Shown: positions 45,877-56,050, counted from the first letter of the stretch. The stretch: 64,000 nucleotides of DNA from an uncultured bacterium (GCA_963744715.1 CAVUUR010000002.1:1-64000); one strand, 5' to 3'. Numbers and translations: made by a program. The notes: generated by a model from the letters alone, not told the origin.

Positions 45877-46479
45877 ATGAATAAAATTATCGTAAGAACC
45901 CTACCAATTTTATTACTTCTCACTATGCATACTTTTTGCATAACAGACTGGGTTGCTGATGTTAAGGTACGTTCTTCAGCCTTTATCCCACAATCTAAAC
46001 TCTTCAAGCATATTTATGGAAACGTTGCGGCAACCGTTCAAATTGAAGGCGCGGGAAATCTTTTCAGATGGGTTGATGGTTGGGCAAATTTTACCTGGCT
46101 TTCTAAACATGGCCATTCTATAGGATTACATAGCGGTACCAAAATAAATATTGCTAACTTCAGTTTTGGTTTAAAAGCTCCTTGGGAATTCCATGATTCT
46201 TTTATTGCTTATATTGGTATCGGGCCTGCTTTTGCAAAAGTTTGGTTGCATAATCATTCTGTTTGTACCAAAAAACATGTTTCAAAAACATCATTTGGGC
46301 TCGTAGCAAAAAGTGGTCTCTATTGCTTTATCACTGATAATTTATTCTTCGACATCTTCCTTGATTATACCTATCTACCAACTCATTTCAGAAAACAAAT
46401 TATTGCTGGCGTTACCCGTAAACATCACCCTAATGTTGGTGGCGTTATGCCGGGCGTAGGCTTCGGTGCTGCTTTCTAA
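45877..46479 (+). CDS. Small outer-membrane beta-barrel protein 3 (mosaic of copies 2 and 1)
   Basis: 5' part matches copy 2; 3' part and terminator match copy 1. Confidence 0.8.
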   Translation: MNKIIVRTLPILLLLTMHTFCITDWVADVKVRSSAFIPQSKLFKHIYGNVAATVQIEGAGNLFRWVDGWANFTWLSKHGHSIGLHSGTKINIANFSFGLKAPWEFHDSFIAYIGIGPAFAKVWLHNHSVCTKKHVSKTSFGLVAKSGLYCFITDNLFFDIFLDYTYLPTHFRKQIIAGVTRKHHPNVGGVMPGVGFGAAF

Positions 46480-46496
46480 TCTATATTGCAATAACA

Positions 46497-46534
46497 AGAG
46501 CCGTGACTAAAAAAATCTTAGTCACGGCTCTCTT
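46497..46534 (+). terminator. Intrinsic terminator of cassette 3
   Basis: Same hairpin as 42106. Confidence 0.8.
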
Positions 46535-46630
46535 ACGTTTTTACGTACGCAAATAAGCGCTAAACCAAAACTTATAATGGCACTCAATAAAATATTATTA
46601 AGTATTCATACAACGTTATTATAATTTTAC

Positions 46631-46660
46631 TTGACACATAAGCATGCATCTTTATAGATT
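46631..46660 (+). promoter_or_regulatory. Repeated promoter of propeller 4
   Basis: TTGACAcataagcatgcatctttaTAGATT, same as 40057. Confidence 0.7.
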
Positions 46661-46726
46661 ATTCCATATAAATTGGATGAAGTAATTTTATAAATAAAAA
46701 AAATAACAAAAAAAGGAGTCAAACTT

Positions 46727-48014
46727 ATGCAACTTCGTAAAATTTTATTGGCACTCAGTGCCCAATACTTTATTGTGCAACCGCTCATGGCAGCCCCCTT
46801 CGCTTATGTGACCAATGGCAATGACAATAATGTTACACCTATTGACCTTGCAACTAATACTGCACTAGATACTATTGCTGTTGGAGCTGGACCTGAAGGA
46901 ATAGCTGTTTCTCCCGATGGAAGATTTGCTTATGTAGCTAATAGCGCTGCTGATACCGTCTCGATTATTAATCTATCAACTAATATGGTAGTTGCCACCC
47001 CCGCCGTAGGCGCCATTCCCTATGGTGTTGCTACCGCACTCAATCCTAATGGACAACAATTTGCGTACGTTACTAATTCAAATGCTGCTAGTGTTTCAGT
47101 TATTAGCGTTGCAAGCAATACGGTGGTCGATACCATCACCTTAACAGTATCAGATCTCCGAGAGATCGCTACTACTCCCGATGGCACATTAGCCTATGTG
47201 GCTTCCAGTAACACCGGTACTCCGGGGGTTTTTGTCATTAATTTAATAACTAACGCGCAAATTGATTTTATTGCTTTTACGGGTGGCGTAACTCCCGAAC
47301 CCACTGCGGTAGCCATAAATCCTAGTGGAACATTTGCTTACGTTACCGATATCGCCAATGAGAACGTTACACCAATAGTATCCCCGGCAATGTTAAAGGC
47401 ACTCCCATTCCTTTAGGTGCAGGAGCTGCTCCCGAAGGAATAGCAATTACGCCTAATGGACTTTTTGCGTATGTTGCCGATGAGGACGGTGAGAATGTAA
47501 CGCCAATTAATCTTACAACTAATATACCCGGGACACCCATCGTTTTTGCAGGAGGAAGCCCATTTGCCCTAGCAATCACTGGGGATGGTACAAAAGCTTA
47601 TGTTGTTGAAATCAATGGTGACCGCGTGGCAATCATCAATATTCTAAATGATACCCTAAGCGGCACCACCATCACCGTAGGCGCCAGTCCATTTGACATA
47701 GCCATTGCCCCCCCTATGACACCATCAAATTTTATCGGCGTCATCCAAGAAAATATATTTTTGAATGTTATTGAATGCATCCTTACCATGCAATGGCTTC
47801 CAAGCCCTTCAACGGACGTTGTAGAATACCAAATTTTCAGAAATGATGTATTAATTGCGACCATTCCAGCAACAAGTCCTTTAGTGTTTACAACCGGTCT
47901 TGGTATGAACGATGCTGGGCAGGATTTCTTCTTGTAGCAATCGATTCTATGGGAGGAGAAAGTATGCCAATACCATTAGTCATACAACCAGGCCCTTCAT
48001 TATTTGAGCTATAA
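46727..48014 (+). CDS. YVTN beta-propeller surface protein 4 (frameshifts near 47380 and 47920)
   Basis: Blades and CTD continue across frames to ...VIQPGPSLFEL with stop at 48012-48014. Confidence 0.85.
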
Positions 48015-48019
48015 TATTC

Positions 48020-48062
48020 AAAGTAAGCCAGCCATTATTAATTGTAATGGCTGGCTTACTTT
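48020..48062 (+). terminator. Intrinsic terminator
   Basis: aaagtaagccagccatta...taatggctggcttacttt. Confidence 0.8.
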
Positions 48063-48208
48063 GCCATGTACTACAAAACTTATTGAATAGTTCGTATACT
48101 AAAAAAGCTACAATAGCTTACCTGACCGATAATTATGCATCTCTATACAGTATATTCTAAATAAAAACATTATTTTGATCTGCCAAAAAAAAAGGAAGTA
48201 CCAAGCTC

Positions 48209-49487
48209 ATGAAATTTCATAAAATATTACTAGTATTTTGTGCGCACTATGGTATGTCTCAACTTCTCATGGCATCGCCATTTGCCTACGTAACCAATAC
48301 GGGTAGTAACAATGTAACCCCCATTGATCTTGCAACCAATATTGCGGGAGATCCTATTACCGTAGGCAATGTGCCTGATAGTGTCGCTATTACTCCCGAT
48401 GGAAGATTCGCTTATGTTACCAATAATAGTGATGAAACTGTTTCGGTTATTAGCACTATAACCAATACGGTAGTTGACCTTATTGAGGGGCTCGGTAATT
48501 TACCTTCCGGTATTGCCATCACTCCCGATGGGCAATTCGCCTATGTTGCTAATACCGGCGATGATACGGTATCGATTATTGATATTGCAACTAATATGGT
48601 AGTTGGCCTGCCTATCAACGTTGGCACTTCTCCTTTTGGCGTTGCTATTACTCCCAATGGGCAATTCGTCTATGTTGGCAATACTGCCAGCAATACGGTC
48701 ACGGTTATACAAGTTTCGGATAATGCGATAGTTACCAATATTTCTTTACCCGATGCTAGAAACCTAAGGGATATAGCTATTACTCCCGATGGCACACTAG
48801 TTTATGTAGTTTCTGGCGGGTCACCAACCCATGCCGGCGTCGCTGTCATTCAAACATCAGATAATACTGAACTTCCTTTTATCTCCTTTTCACATCAACT
48901 GCCCCTTTTGGGATAGCCATAACTCCGGATGGAACATTAGCCTATGTTACTGAAGGAACTACTTCTAAAGTCATCCCCATAAGCATCCCCGATAACACTC
49001 CTGGAATCACAATTAATACGCCAACATCACCTCGAGGAATAGCTATTAACCCTAACGGGCAAAGAGCTTACGTTGTTGAGAATGGCTCGAACAACGTCAC
49101 GCAAATAAATATTCCAGCCAATACCGTAAGTGGTACTCTTATTAACGTAGGAACGGCGCCCCTTCAAATTGCTATTACGCCGGTTATCACGCCATCAAAT
49201 TTTATTGGTGTTATCCAACAAAATAAGTTTTTGAATGTAACTGAATGTATTTTAACTATGCAATGGGTTCCGAGTCCTGAACCAATATTGTTGAATATCA
49301 GATTTTTAGAAATGATATATTGTTTGCCACCGTCCCCGCAACAAGCCCTGCAGTGCTTACCATTGGTCTTGGCTGCAATGACGCTGGTTTAGGTTTTACC
49401 ATTGTAGCCGTCGATTCAAATGGTCTCAGTAGTATTCCAGTAGCCTTAGTGATACAACCGGGACCTGCACCATTATTTTTACAATAA
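48209..49487 (+). CDS. YVTN beta-propeller surface protein 5 (frameshifts near 48900 and 49280)
   Basis: ORF 48209-48916 followed by GIAITPDG blades and CTD ending VIQPGPAPLFLQ with stop at 49485-49487. Confidence 0.82.
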
Positions 49488-49505
49488 AAAAAGGAATAAG
49501 AACTA

Positions 49506-50816
49506 ATGAAACTGCATAAAATATTATTAATACTCTGTACACAATACGTTGTTGCTCAATCGCTCATAGCGGCGCCATTTGCTTTCGTAACTAATAATGG
49601 CAGTGCCAACGTTACCTCCGTTGATATTGCAAGTAATATAGCAAATGCCACTATTATCGTTGGATCTGGCCCCCGAGGAGTAGCTTTTACTCCCGATGGA
49701 AGATTCGCTTACGTAGTTAATAGCACCGATGCTACGGTTTCAGTTATTAATACTCTAACCAATATGACCGTTGGTTTGCCTATTACGGTGGGTAACGTGC
49801 CTTTCGGTGTAGCTATTACTCCTAATGGACAATTCGCTTACGTTACCAATTCGGGTGCTAGTACTATTTCAGTTATTAGTGTATCAACCAATATGGTGGT
49901 TGATACCATTCCGTTAACAACGCCAAATCCTCATGGCATCGCCATTACCCCCGATGGCAGCTTGGCGTATGTAGCTGGAGGTAATGCAACCACTCCGGGT
50001 GTCTTTATCATTAATTTAACAACTAACGTGGAAGATACCTTTATTCCTTTTCCGGCCGGATCAGATCCTTCCGCTGTAGCGATTACCCCTAATGGGCAGT
50101 TTGCTTACGTTACTGACAGTCTCCATAACAACGTTACACCAATTCCAATTCCCGGAGTTACCCTAGGTTCGACTATTACGGTAGGAACTGAACCCGAAGG
50201 CATAGCAATTACCGCTGATGGACAATTTGCTTATGTTACTAATTTTCTTAGTAATAATGTAACCCAAATAAATCTTGCAACGAATTTACAGGTTGCTGGT
50301 AGTCCTATTCCTTTGCCTACCCCCGCAGGACAACCTCTCGGCATAGCAATTGTTCCTGTGCCTAACGGCGGCGCAACGCAAGCTTATATTGCCGATTTTG
50401 AAAACGCCAGAGTGGTGATTCTCAATATTCCAGCTAGCTCGCCGGTTACTCTCGCTACATTCAGCAGTACCATGGTTGGTGTTGGTACACAACCATTTGA
50501 GGTAGCAATTACACCGGTTATTCCTCCATCAAGTTTTATTGGCATTATTCAGCAAAATATATTCCTGAATATAACTGAATGCATTCTTACAATGCAATGG
50601 GCTCCAAGTCCCACAACCAATATCGTGAACTATGAAATTTTTAAAAATGGTGTATTGTTTGTCACCATTCCAGCAACAGGCCCTTTAGTGTTTACTACGT
50701 GTCTCGATTGTAATGATGCTGGTACAGAATTTACGATCGCAGCAGTTGATTCAACTGGCGCGGTAAGTATTATGGTGCCAATAGTAATACAACCTGCATC
50801 AACGCTCATAGTATAA
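49506..50816 (+). CDS. YVTN beta-propeller surface protein 6
   Basis: Intact 436-aa ORF with the same architecture. Confidence 0.9.
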   Translation: MKLHKILLILCTQYVVAQSLIAAPFAFVTNNGSANVTSVDIASNIANATIIVGSGPRGVAFTPDGRFAYVVNSTDATVSVINTLTNMTVGLPITVGNVPFGVAITPNGQFAYVTNSGASTISVISVSTNMVVDTIPLTTPNPHGIAITPDGSLAYVAGGNATTPGVFIINLTTNVEDTFIPFPAGSDPSAVAITPNGQFAYVTDSLHNNVTPIPIPGVTLGSTITVGTEPEGIAITADGQFAYVTNFLSNNVTQINLATNLQVAGSPIPLPTPAGQPLGIAIVPVPNGGATQAYIADFENARVVILNIPASSPVTLATFSSTMVGVGTQPFEVAITPVIPPSSFIGIIQQNIFLNITECILTMQWAPSPTTNIVNYEIFKNGVLFVTIPATGPLVFTTCLDCNDAGTEFTIAAVDSTGAVSIMVPIVIQPASTLIV

Positions 50817-50839
50817 AAAATATAATGTGGTTTTCATAC

Positions 50840-50880
50840 ATGAGTCGTTACTGAAATTTCAGTAACGACTCATTTCCTTT
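50840..50880 (+). terminator. Perfect palindrome, probable terminator
   Basis: atgagtcgttactgaaatttcagtaacgactcat followed by ttccttt. Confidence 0.78.
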
Positions 50881-51035
50881 TAAGCCGATCCAAAATAGTA
50901 ATGAAATGCTTATAAAAAGCTTATTTCTCTTTAATTATATTTACAAATAAATATTATATTTTATATAATACAATAGAAATGTTTTTAACTGAATAATTAA
51001 ATCGACTTCGCAAAATTTTAATTTAAGGTATCAGT

Positions 51036-51863
51036 ATGAAGAAAAAAGTATTATTAATCATTGTTTCGTTGATGATGACAACAAGACCCGATGATTATAA
51101 TTCAATGGTTCCACAAAATGCTACCCTTGATGCATGGGTTGCTGATTGGACTCCTATTATTCAAATAGGTATCGGCACCGTAACCATTAAAAACACAACT
51201 CAACCTTATTTTTTTAATAAATATAAATCAAAATATCTTCACAGTGGGCTTAATACGTTAAATCAGGTTAATGCTGGCCCAACACAACAATTCGGAGCTG
51301 GTTTATTTGCCTCCGGAGAATCTTTTCTAGAAAGCGATTTCTTAACTGATGCGGGAGGAAAAGCGGTATTAACTCCAGTAGGAAGTAACAATACGGTAGT
51401 AACATTTTATGTTGATCAACCCAATCCTGATAATACTGCAAGAACTATTATTATTATCGCTAAAAACAGTATTTCAACGGATAAATCACAAGAGCCTCTT
51501 GTGATGGTTAACTCAATCAGTATAGACCTTGAAACTTTAATGCGTTATCTAGGCGGATATCTTTTTAATAGGTTTCCATGGACTACTCAAGTACCGTTCA
51601 TGCGTTCTGCTACAAAACTGCTTAATATTACTTTTAACCCAGCAATAGCTATAAAAATAATAGTGCTTAATCTTACTTTTGATGCCGTTACTGCTGATAT
51701 CACATTAGATTCTATTGATCTACGGTATGGTTCATTAAACTTCAATCCCGGAAGTGTCTCTAGCTGGAAAACAGCCCCTCAGTATAAAATAACACCATGG
51801 TTATTGAACCAAGGTATTGGCATAACCGTTTTACCTAATATTGATTTAAGTCAAACTAAGTAA
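51036..51863 (+). CDS. Hypothetical secreted protein
   Basis: Signal-like N-terminus; 275-aa ORF. Confidence 0.65.
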   Translation: MKKKVLLIIVSLMMTTRPDDYNSMVPQNATLDAWVADWTPIIQIGIGTVTIKNTTQPYFFNKYKSKYLHSGLNTLNQVNAGPTQQFGAGLFASGESFLESDFLTDAGGKAVLTPVGSNNTVVTFYVDQPNPDNTARTIIIIAKNSISTDKSQEPLVMVNSISIDLETLMRYLGGYLFNRFPWTTQVPFMRSATKLLNITFNPAIAIKIIVLNLTFDAVTADITLDSIDLRYGSLNFNPGSVSSWKTAPQYKITPWLLNQGIGITVLPNIDLSQTK

Positions 51864-51876
51864 TTAAGGAATAAGT

Positions 51877-52248
51877 ATGAAGTTATTAAAAAAAATTATT
51901 ATACCACTATGCATAGCAACTATCGGCGTACCATTGCATGCACAAGATCCATTAGTTGACAGCTATAAAATGCTACAAACGTTACAAAACAAACAAAATG
52001 AAAAAATTACTGAATTATCTATGTTTATAAAACTACAACAACAAAAAAAAGAATTGAGTATGCAACTCGGCAAAGCAACCGATAAACAAAAACCAGCGCT
52101 GCAAAAAAAATTGCAAGAGATAAACCAACAACTTGCTGATTTAAGTATTAGTATTAATAAACAACAAACTAAACTTGCAACCTCTAAAGAAGCAAAACAA
52201 GTAACCAAGATTAAAAAAGAATTGATTCAGAATGTGACAAAGAAATAG
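51877..52248 (+). CDS. Hypothetical secreted coiled-coil protein
   Basis: Signal peptide LHA; Q/K-rich heptads. Confidence 0.65.
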   Translation: MKLLKKIIIPLCIATIGVPLHAQDPLVDSYKMLQTLQNKQNEKITELSMFIKLQQQKKELSMQLGKATDKQKPALQKKLQEINQQLADLSISINKQQTKLATSKEAKQVTKIKKELIQNVTKK

Positions 52249-52253
52249 TCATA

Positions 52254-53651
52254 TTAATGACTAAATTTTTTAATCATAGCCAGTAAGTAATCACAGTTCG
52301 TTCTCAACGTTCGTTCTTGCGTAGCAAAATTAACTGCATAAATACCGTGCTTATCCCGGTATCCTTTGCGCCAGCAAAAACAGTCCATCAGCGTCCAAAA
52401 AAAATAACCACGGACATCATAGCCCTCCTGCAAAGCTCTTGAAATAACATATAAATGTTTTTTTATATATTCATCTTTAATCTGCACATTTTCCGTTGAA
52501 CAGCCATTTTCGGTTATGTACATAGGAACATTAAGTACTGCTGCCATTTGAATTGCGCGATACAATCCTTCAGGATACATTACCTTAGCAGCTCTACCTG
52601 GACTTGGCTGATCTATTAATGTTTCTGATTCTCGCGGCTCAGTTTTTAAACTCAGTATATTAGTTTGTTTAATGGTTGTATGCGAATAATAATTAATACC
52701 TATAAAATCAAGTGATCCCGGCGCATCAGCATTATAATCTTTCACCAAATACATCCAATTAAAATAACCAGTTTTAAAAAAATCGATCGTTAAGGTATTA
52801 ACAATGTAATCAAACGTATGCGCAACAATATTCTCTAGAGGATTCCAGGTATGATATGCATCAAGTGGCTGAATAATATGCGCAATACCTATTTTTACAT
52901 TTCTATTAATACCACGAAATATTTTTGCAACGGTAACGTGAGCATTTAATTGATTACGAGCAACTTTGCCCGCTAAGCGTAAACTTGTTTTACCGGGAGG
53001 ATAATTACCGCGATAATATCCCTCAAGAGCATAACCAACCGGTTCATTTAAAATAATCCAAAATGGCACTTTAGTATGTAAATGAGTAAAAACATACTGG
53101 GAAAAACGAACAAAAAAATTAATATTTTCTCTTTTTTCAAATCCCTTTTTTTTCAAAAACCATAATGGATAGATATGATGAAATAACGTGATAATAGGAA
53201 CAATATGCTGGCCAAGCAGTTCATCAACCACCTGACAATAATGTTGCATTGCTTGATGATCAAAAACGCCTTCTTGAGGCTCAATTTTACTCCACTCAAT
53301 AGAAAAACGATAACTATTCATACCAATATTTTTTAATAGTTGCACGTCAGATTTATAACGAGTCCATCGTTCACAGGCGGCACCAACGCGTGATTCGGGT
53401 GCAATCAAATCTGCATTGCGCAATTCATATTCTGTCCAACTATTTTGTATTGTTCTACCGTTGCTGGTAATAATTCCTTCTGTTTGTAGAGCAGAATCAG
53501 AACATCCCCATAAAAAATGTGGTGGGAATAAAACTTCAGTTGTATTAATGGTATTCCAATCCCACCGTAATTCTTCAGCATAGATAGTATTTATAGAACT
53601 ATATAACCCCATTAACGTGTAAACAATAATTATTCTGTTTCCCCTATACAT
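52254..53651 (-). CDS. Glycoside hydrolase family 1 (beta-glucosidase-like) with N-terminal signal
   Basis: FPPHFLWG, YRFSIEWSKIEP, catalytic NEP and ITENG, GYFFWTLMD. Confidence 0.93.
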   Translation of the reverse strand: MYRGNRIIIVYTLMGLYSSINTIYAEELRWDWNTINTTEVLFPPHFLWGCSDSALQTEGIITSNGRTIQNSWTEYELRNADLIAPESRVGAACERWTRYKSDVQLLKNIGMNSYRFSIEWSKIEPQEGVFDHQAMQHYCQVVDELLGQHIVPIITLFHHIYPLWFLKKKGFEKRENINFFVRFSQYVFTHLHTKVPFWIILNEPVGYALEGYYRGNYPPGKTSLRLAGKVARNQLNAHVTVAKIFRGINRNVKIGIAHIIQPLDAYHTWNPLENIVAHTFDYIVNTLTIDFFKTGYFNWMYLVKDYNADAPGSLDFIGINYYSHTTIKQTNILSLKTEPRESETLIDQPSPGRAAKVMYPEGLYRAIQMAAVLNVPMYITENGCSTENVQIKDEYIKKHLYVISRALQEGYDVRGYFFWTLMDCFCWRKGYRDKHGIYAVNFATQERTLRTNCDYLLAMIKKFSH

Positions 53652-53902
53652 GATTCCCCCCCTCACCCGTTATCATGAGAAATCTCTCATTAACTCATGA
53701 TCAGTTGGTGGTAAGTATAGAAAAAACGTTCAATACAAAGCAATATTTGTAATTTATTTATTAATAAAAACAATAAATTTTTTCACTTATATGAAATTAT
53801 TTTTTGATGTATCAAAAAATAACGTCATTCTAAATATTTTTTTTATTTTTTTAATTACACTTGTACAATGGTAACTAGTAATAACCATAAGGAACTTTTC
53901 CC

Positions 53903-54725
53903 ATGAACACACAACAGCGTTCTTCTGCAGCACCACGAAAAAAAATTGGTATATTTGATTCCGGGAATAGGAGGACTAACTATTCTAAAGGCACTCATAC
54001 CAATATTGAACAATGTTGATTATTATTATGTTGCCGACACGGCTCATATGCCTTACGGCAATAAATCCCCAGAACAGATTACGTTATTAAGTACCAATAT
54101 GGTCACTTTTTTATCTAATTTGGATATACATTGCTGTATTAATGCGTGCCATACTATTGCAGCAACAGCACACAACAATCTTGCTAATCTTTTTAACCGC
54201 ATTCCTTTTTTTGAATTAGTTAGTACCACGGCACAGTACGCGGCAACACAAACAAAAAAAGGCATTATTGGTATTGTTGGCACCAACGCCACTATTGCAA
54301 CCCACGCGCATGCACAAGCGCTCAAATCTATCAATTCTTCATGTACGGTTATTGAGCAAGCATGCCCTCGTTTGGCATCGGCTATAGAATATCATTATGA
54401 TCAACCGGATTATATACGCGCTATTGTGCAGGAATATTTTTTGCCATTACGCACCAAAGGCGTTGACTGTATTATTTTAGCGTGCACTCATTATCCATTG
54501 GTCCTCGATAGTATTAAAGAAGTTATTGGTAATGATATTATTTTGGTAACAGGGCAAGAAACTATAGCCTCTTTAGTAGCAGTTCAAGCCGTTTCAACCG
54601 AGCATTATTCAATATTACCCACTATTAATTTTTTTGTTACCGACAACTCCGAGGAATTTGCAAAAAAAAGCAGTGCGATCATACCGTGGCCATCAACAAC
54701 TATTACTCCTATTACGCTCACATAA
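53903..54725 (+). CDS. murI: Glutamate racemase (1-nt frameshift near 53963)
   Basis: KIGIFDSG from ATG 53903, then IGGLT, PYGNKS, ACHT and LACTHYP. Confidence 0.92.
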
Positions 54726-54850
54726 ATTACGTATTACTATAAAACACAATTACGAGCATAAAAGTAAAAACTGATTACACAAATAACCTTTTTTGATATC
54801 GTCACGTTATGTAATGATTTTTAAAAAATATTTTTGTGTAAGGGAGAAGT

Positions 54851-56050
54851 ATGAAGCGCATTTCACTCTATACAACTACATCGTTTTTGCTTATTTTCCA
54901 ATTTTTTTTACCGTTTCATTGCTATGGCCACGGCTTTGATGGCAATACCCTCGTTAGCATTGTAGATCAATCGGTAGATCTGTATCCAATACGCTTAGTA
55001 TGTGAAGATGTAGTAGAAGATGGACAATCGATTATTAGTTTTGATTTTGCTAAAGAGGCATGTGTTAAACGAACTATTCGATCTGCGGGAAGAACTGAAA
55101 CCGATTATCATGTTGCAATTTCTTTTAATGATGAATGGTGGGAGGATATTACCTGCACAGCAACACAAGAATTTTATGTGGTGCATACTCGGCAATGGAT
55201 TCCTGCGTATCAATTAAAAATCGGCGATATTTTATTTTCTAAAGACCATGAAGTAAAAAGAATTTCTAAGATTAGGTTTTTTAAAGAACCGCGCACCGTT
55301 TATGCAATCCATGTTAAAGGCACGCATAATTTTTTTGTTGGAACCAACCAAATTTTAACGCATAATATAGTTTTGCCGGCTATAAGTATTGGTTTAGGAA
55401 TTGCTTTTGGTACCGGTGCAGCAGCTGGCGGCAGTATGGGTGGTGTATTGGGACCCATTACGTTAAGTTGTGGCGCTATCCTCGGTGGTCTCTTTGGCAT
55501 AGGAATAAAAAAGTTCTTTGGCCCAGCAGATGTGCCTTGTTATCATCTTGAATTACACACACCAGCTTTTAGTGCACATTTGCAAAAAAATAATGATGAA
55601 GCAGATCATACAAAAAGAACTCTCAAGATTCCTGAACAAATAGCAATTGGTGAATGTGGTGGTTCTCCAGATCCTGAAGACCCGTGGAAAAATAAAGAAA
55701 AATACAAAAAACAACGTTGGGATAATGCGCCCCAAGAATCCGATGAAAAACTCAGAAAAGCAATAGAATATGCTACAAATGAAAATAAGCTTATTCATTT
55801 TTTTAACAAACCAAAACATGGTCTGGATAATTTGCTAGACAAAATGGGTGGGAAAAATAATATTGATGCTCAAAAAGAGATTGTTAACCAGGTAGTAACA
55901 GAATTAATGAAATTAGATAATCTGCCAAAAAATGGTGAATTTGATGGTATCTTAGTGAATGTAGCAGGTTCTGTTATTTATACTAGAGGTCTTATTCATG
56001 AAGGTACTATTAAAATGGGAACTATGTTTATTCGAAAAAACATGGGTTAA
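54851..56050 (+). CDS. Secreted Hint-domain polymorphic toxin with Ntox35-like C-terminal domain
   Basis: Signal peptide; Hint from GFDGNTLV to HNFFVG...THN; Gly-rich hydrophobic segment; C-terminal H...KH...GT.FI motifs. Confidence 0.8.
   Translation: MKRISLYTTTSFLLIFQFFLPFHCYGHGFDGNTLVSIVDQSVDLYPIRLVCEDVVEDGQSIISFDFAKEACVKRTIRSAGRTETDYHVAISFNDEWWEDITCTATQEFYVVHTRQWIPAYQLKIGDILFSKDHEVKRISKIRFFKEPRTVYAIHVKGTHNFFVGTNQILTHNIVLPAISIGLGIAFGTGAAAGGSMGGVLGPITLSCGAILGGLFGIGIKKFFGPADVPCYHLELHTPAFSAHLQKNNDEADHTKRTLKIPEQIAIGECGGSPDPEDPWKNKEKYKKQRWDNAPQESDEKLRKAIEYATNENKLIHFFNKPKHGLDNLLDKMGGKNNIDAQKEIVNQVVTELMKLDNLPKNGEFDGILVNVAGSVIYTRGLIHEGTIKMGTMFIRKNMG

Noticed and set aside
40152..50816. Diversity-generating retroelement behind propeller variation
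   Set aside because: No reverse transcriptase in the window, and differences between copies are not adenine-specific template/variable pairs.
40152..50816. CRISPR-like periodic repeats (attactcccgatgg / attactcctaatgg)
   Set aside because: These are codons for the ITP[ND]G blade motif inside ORFs; there are no fixed repeats with unique spacers and no cas genes.
54932..55366. Classical self-splicing intein
   Set aside because: Lacks Cys/Ser1, the block-B His and the +1 nucleophile; no endonuclease domain and no conserved host protein.
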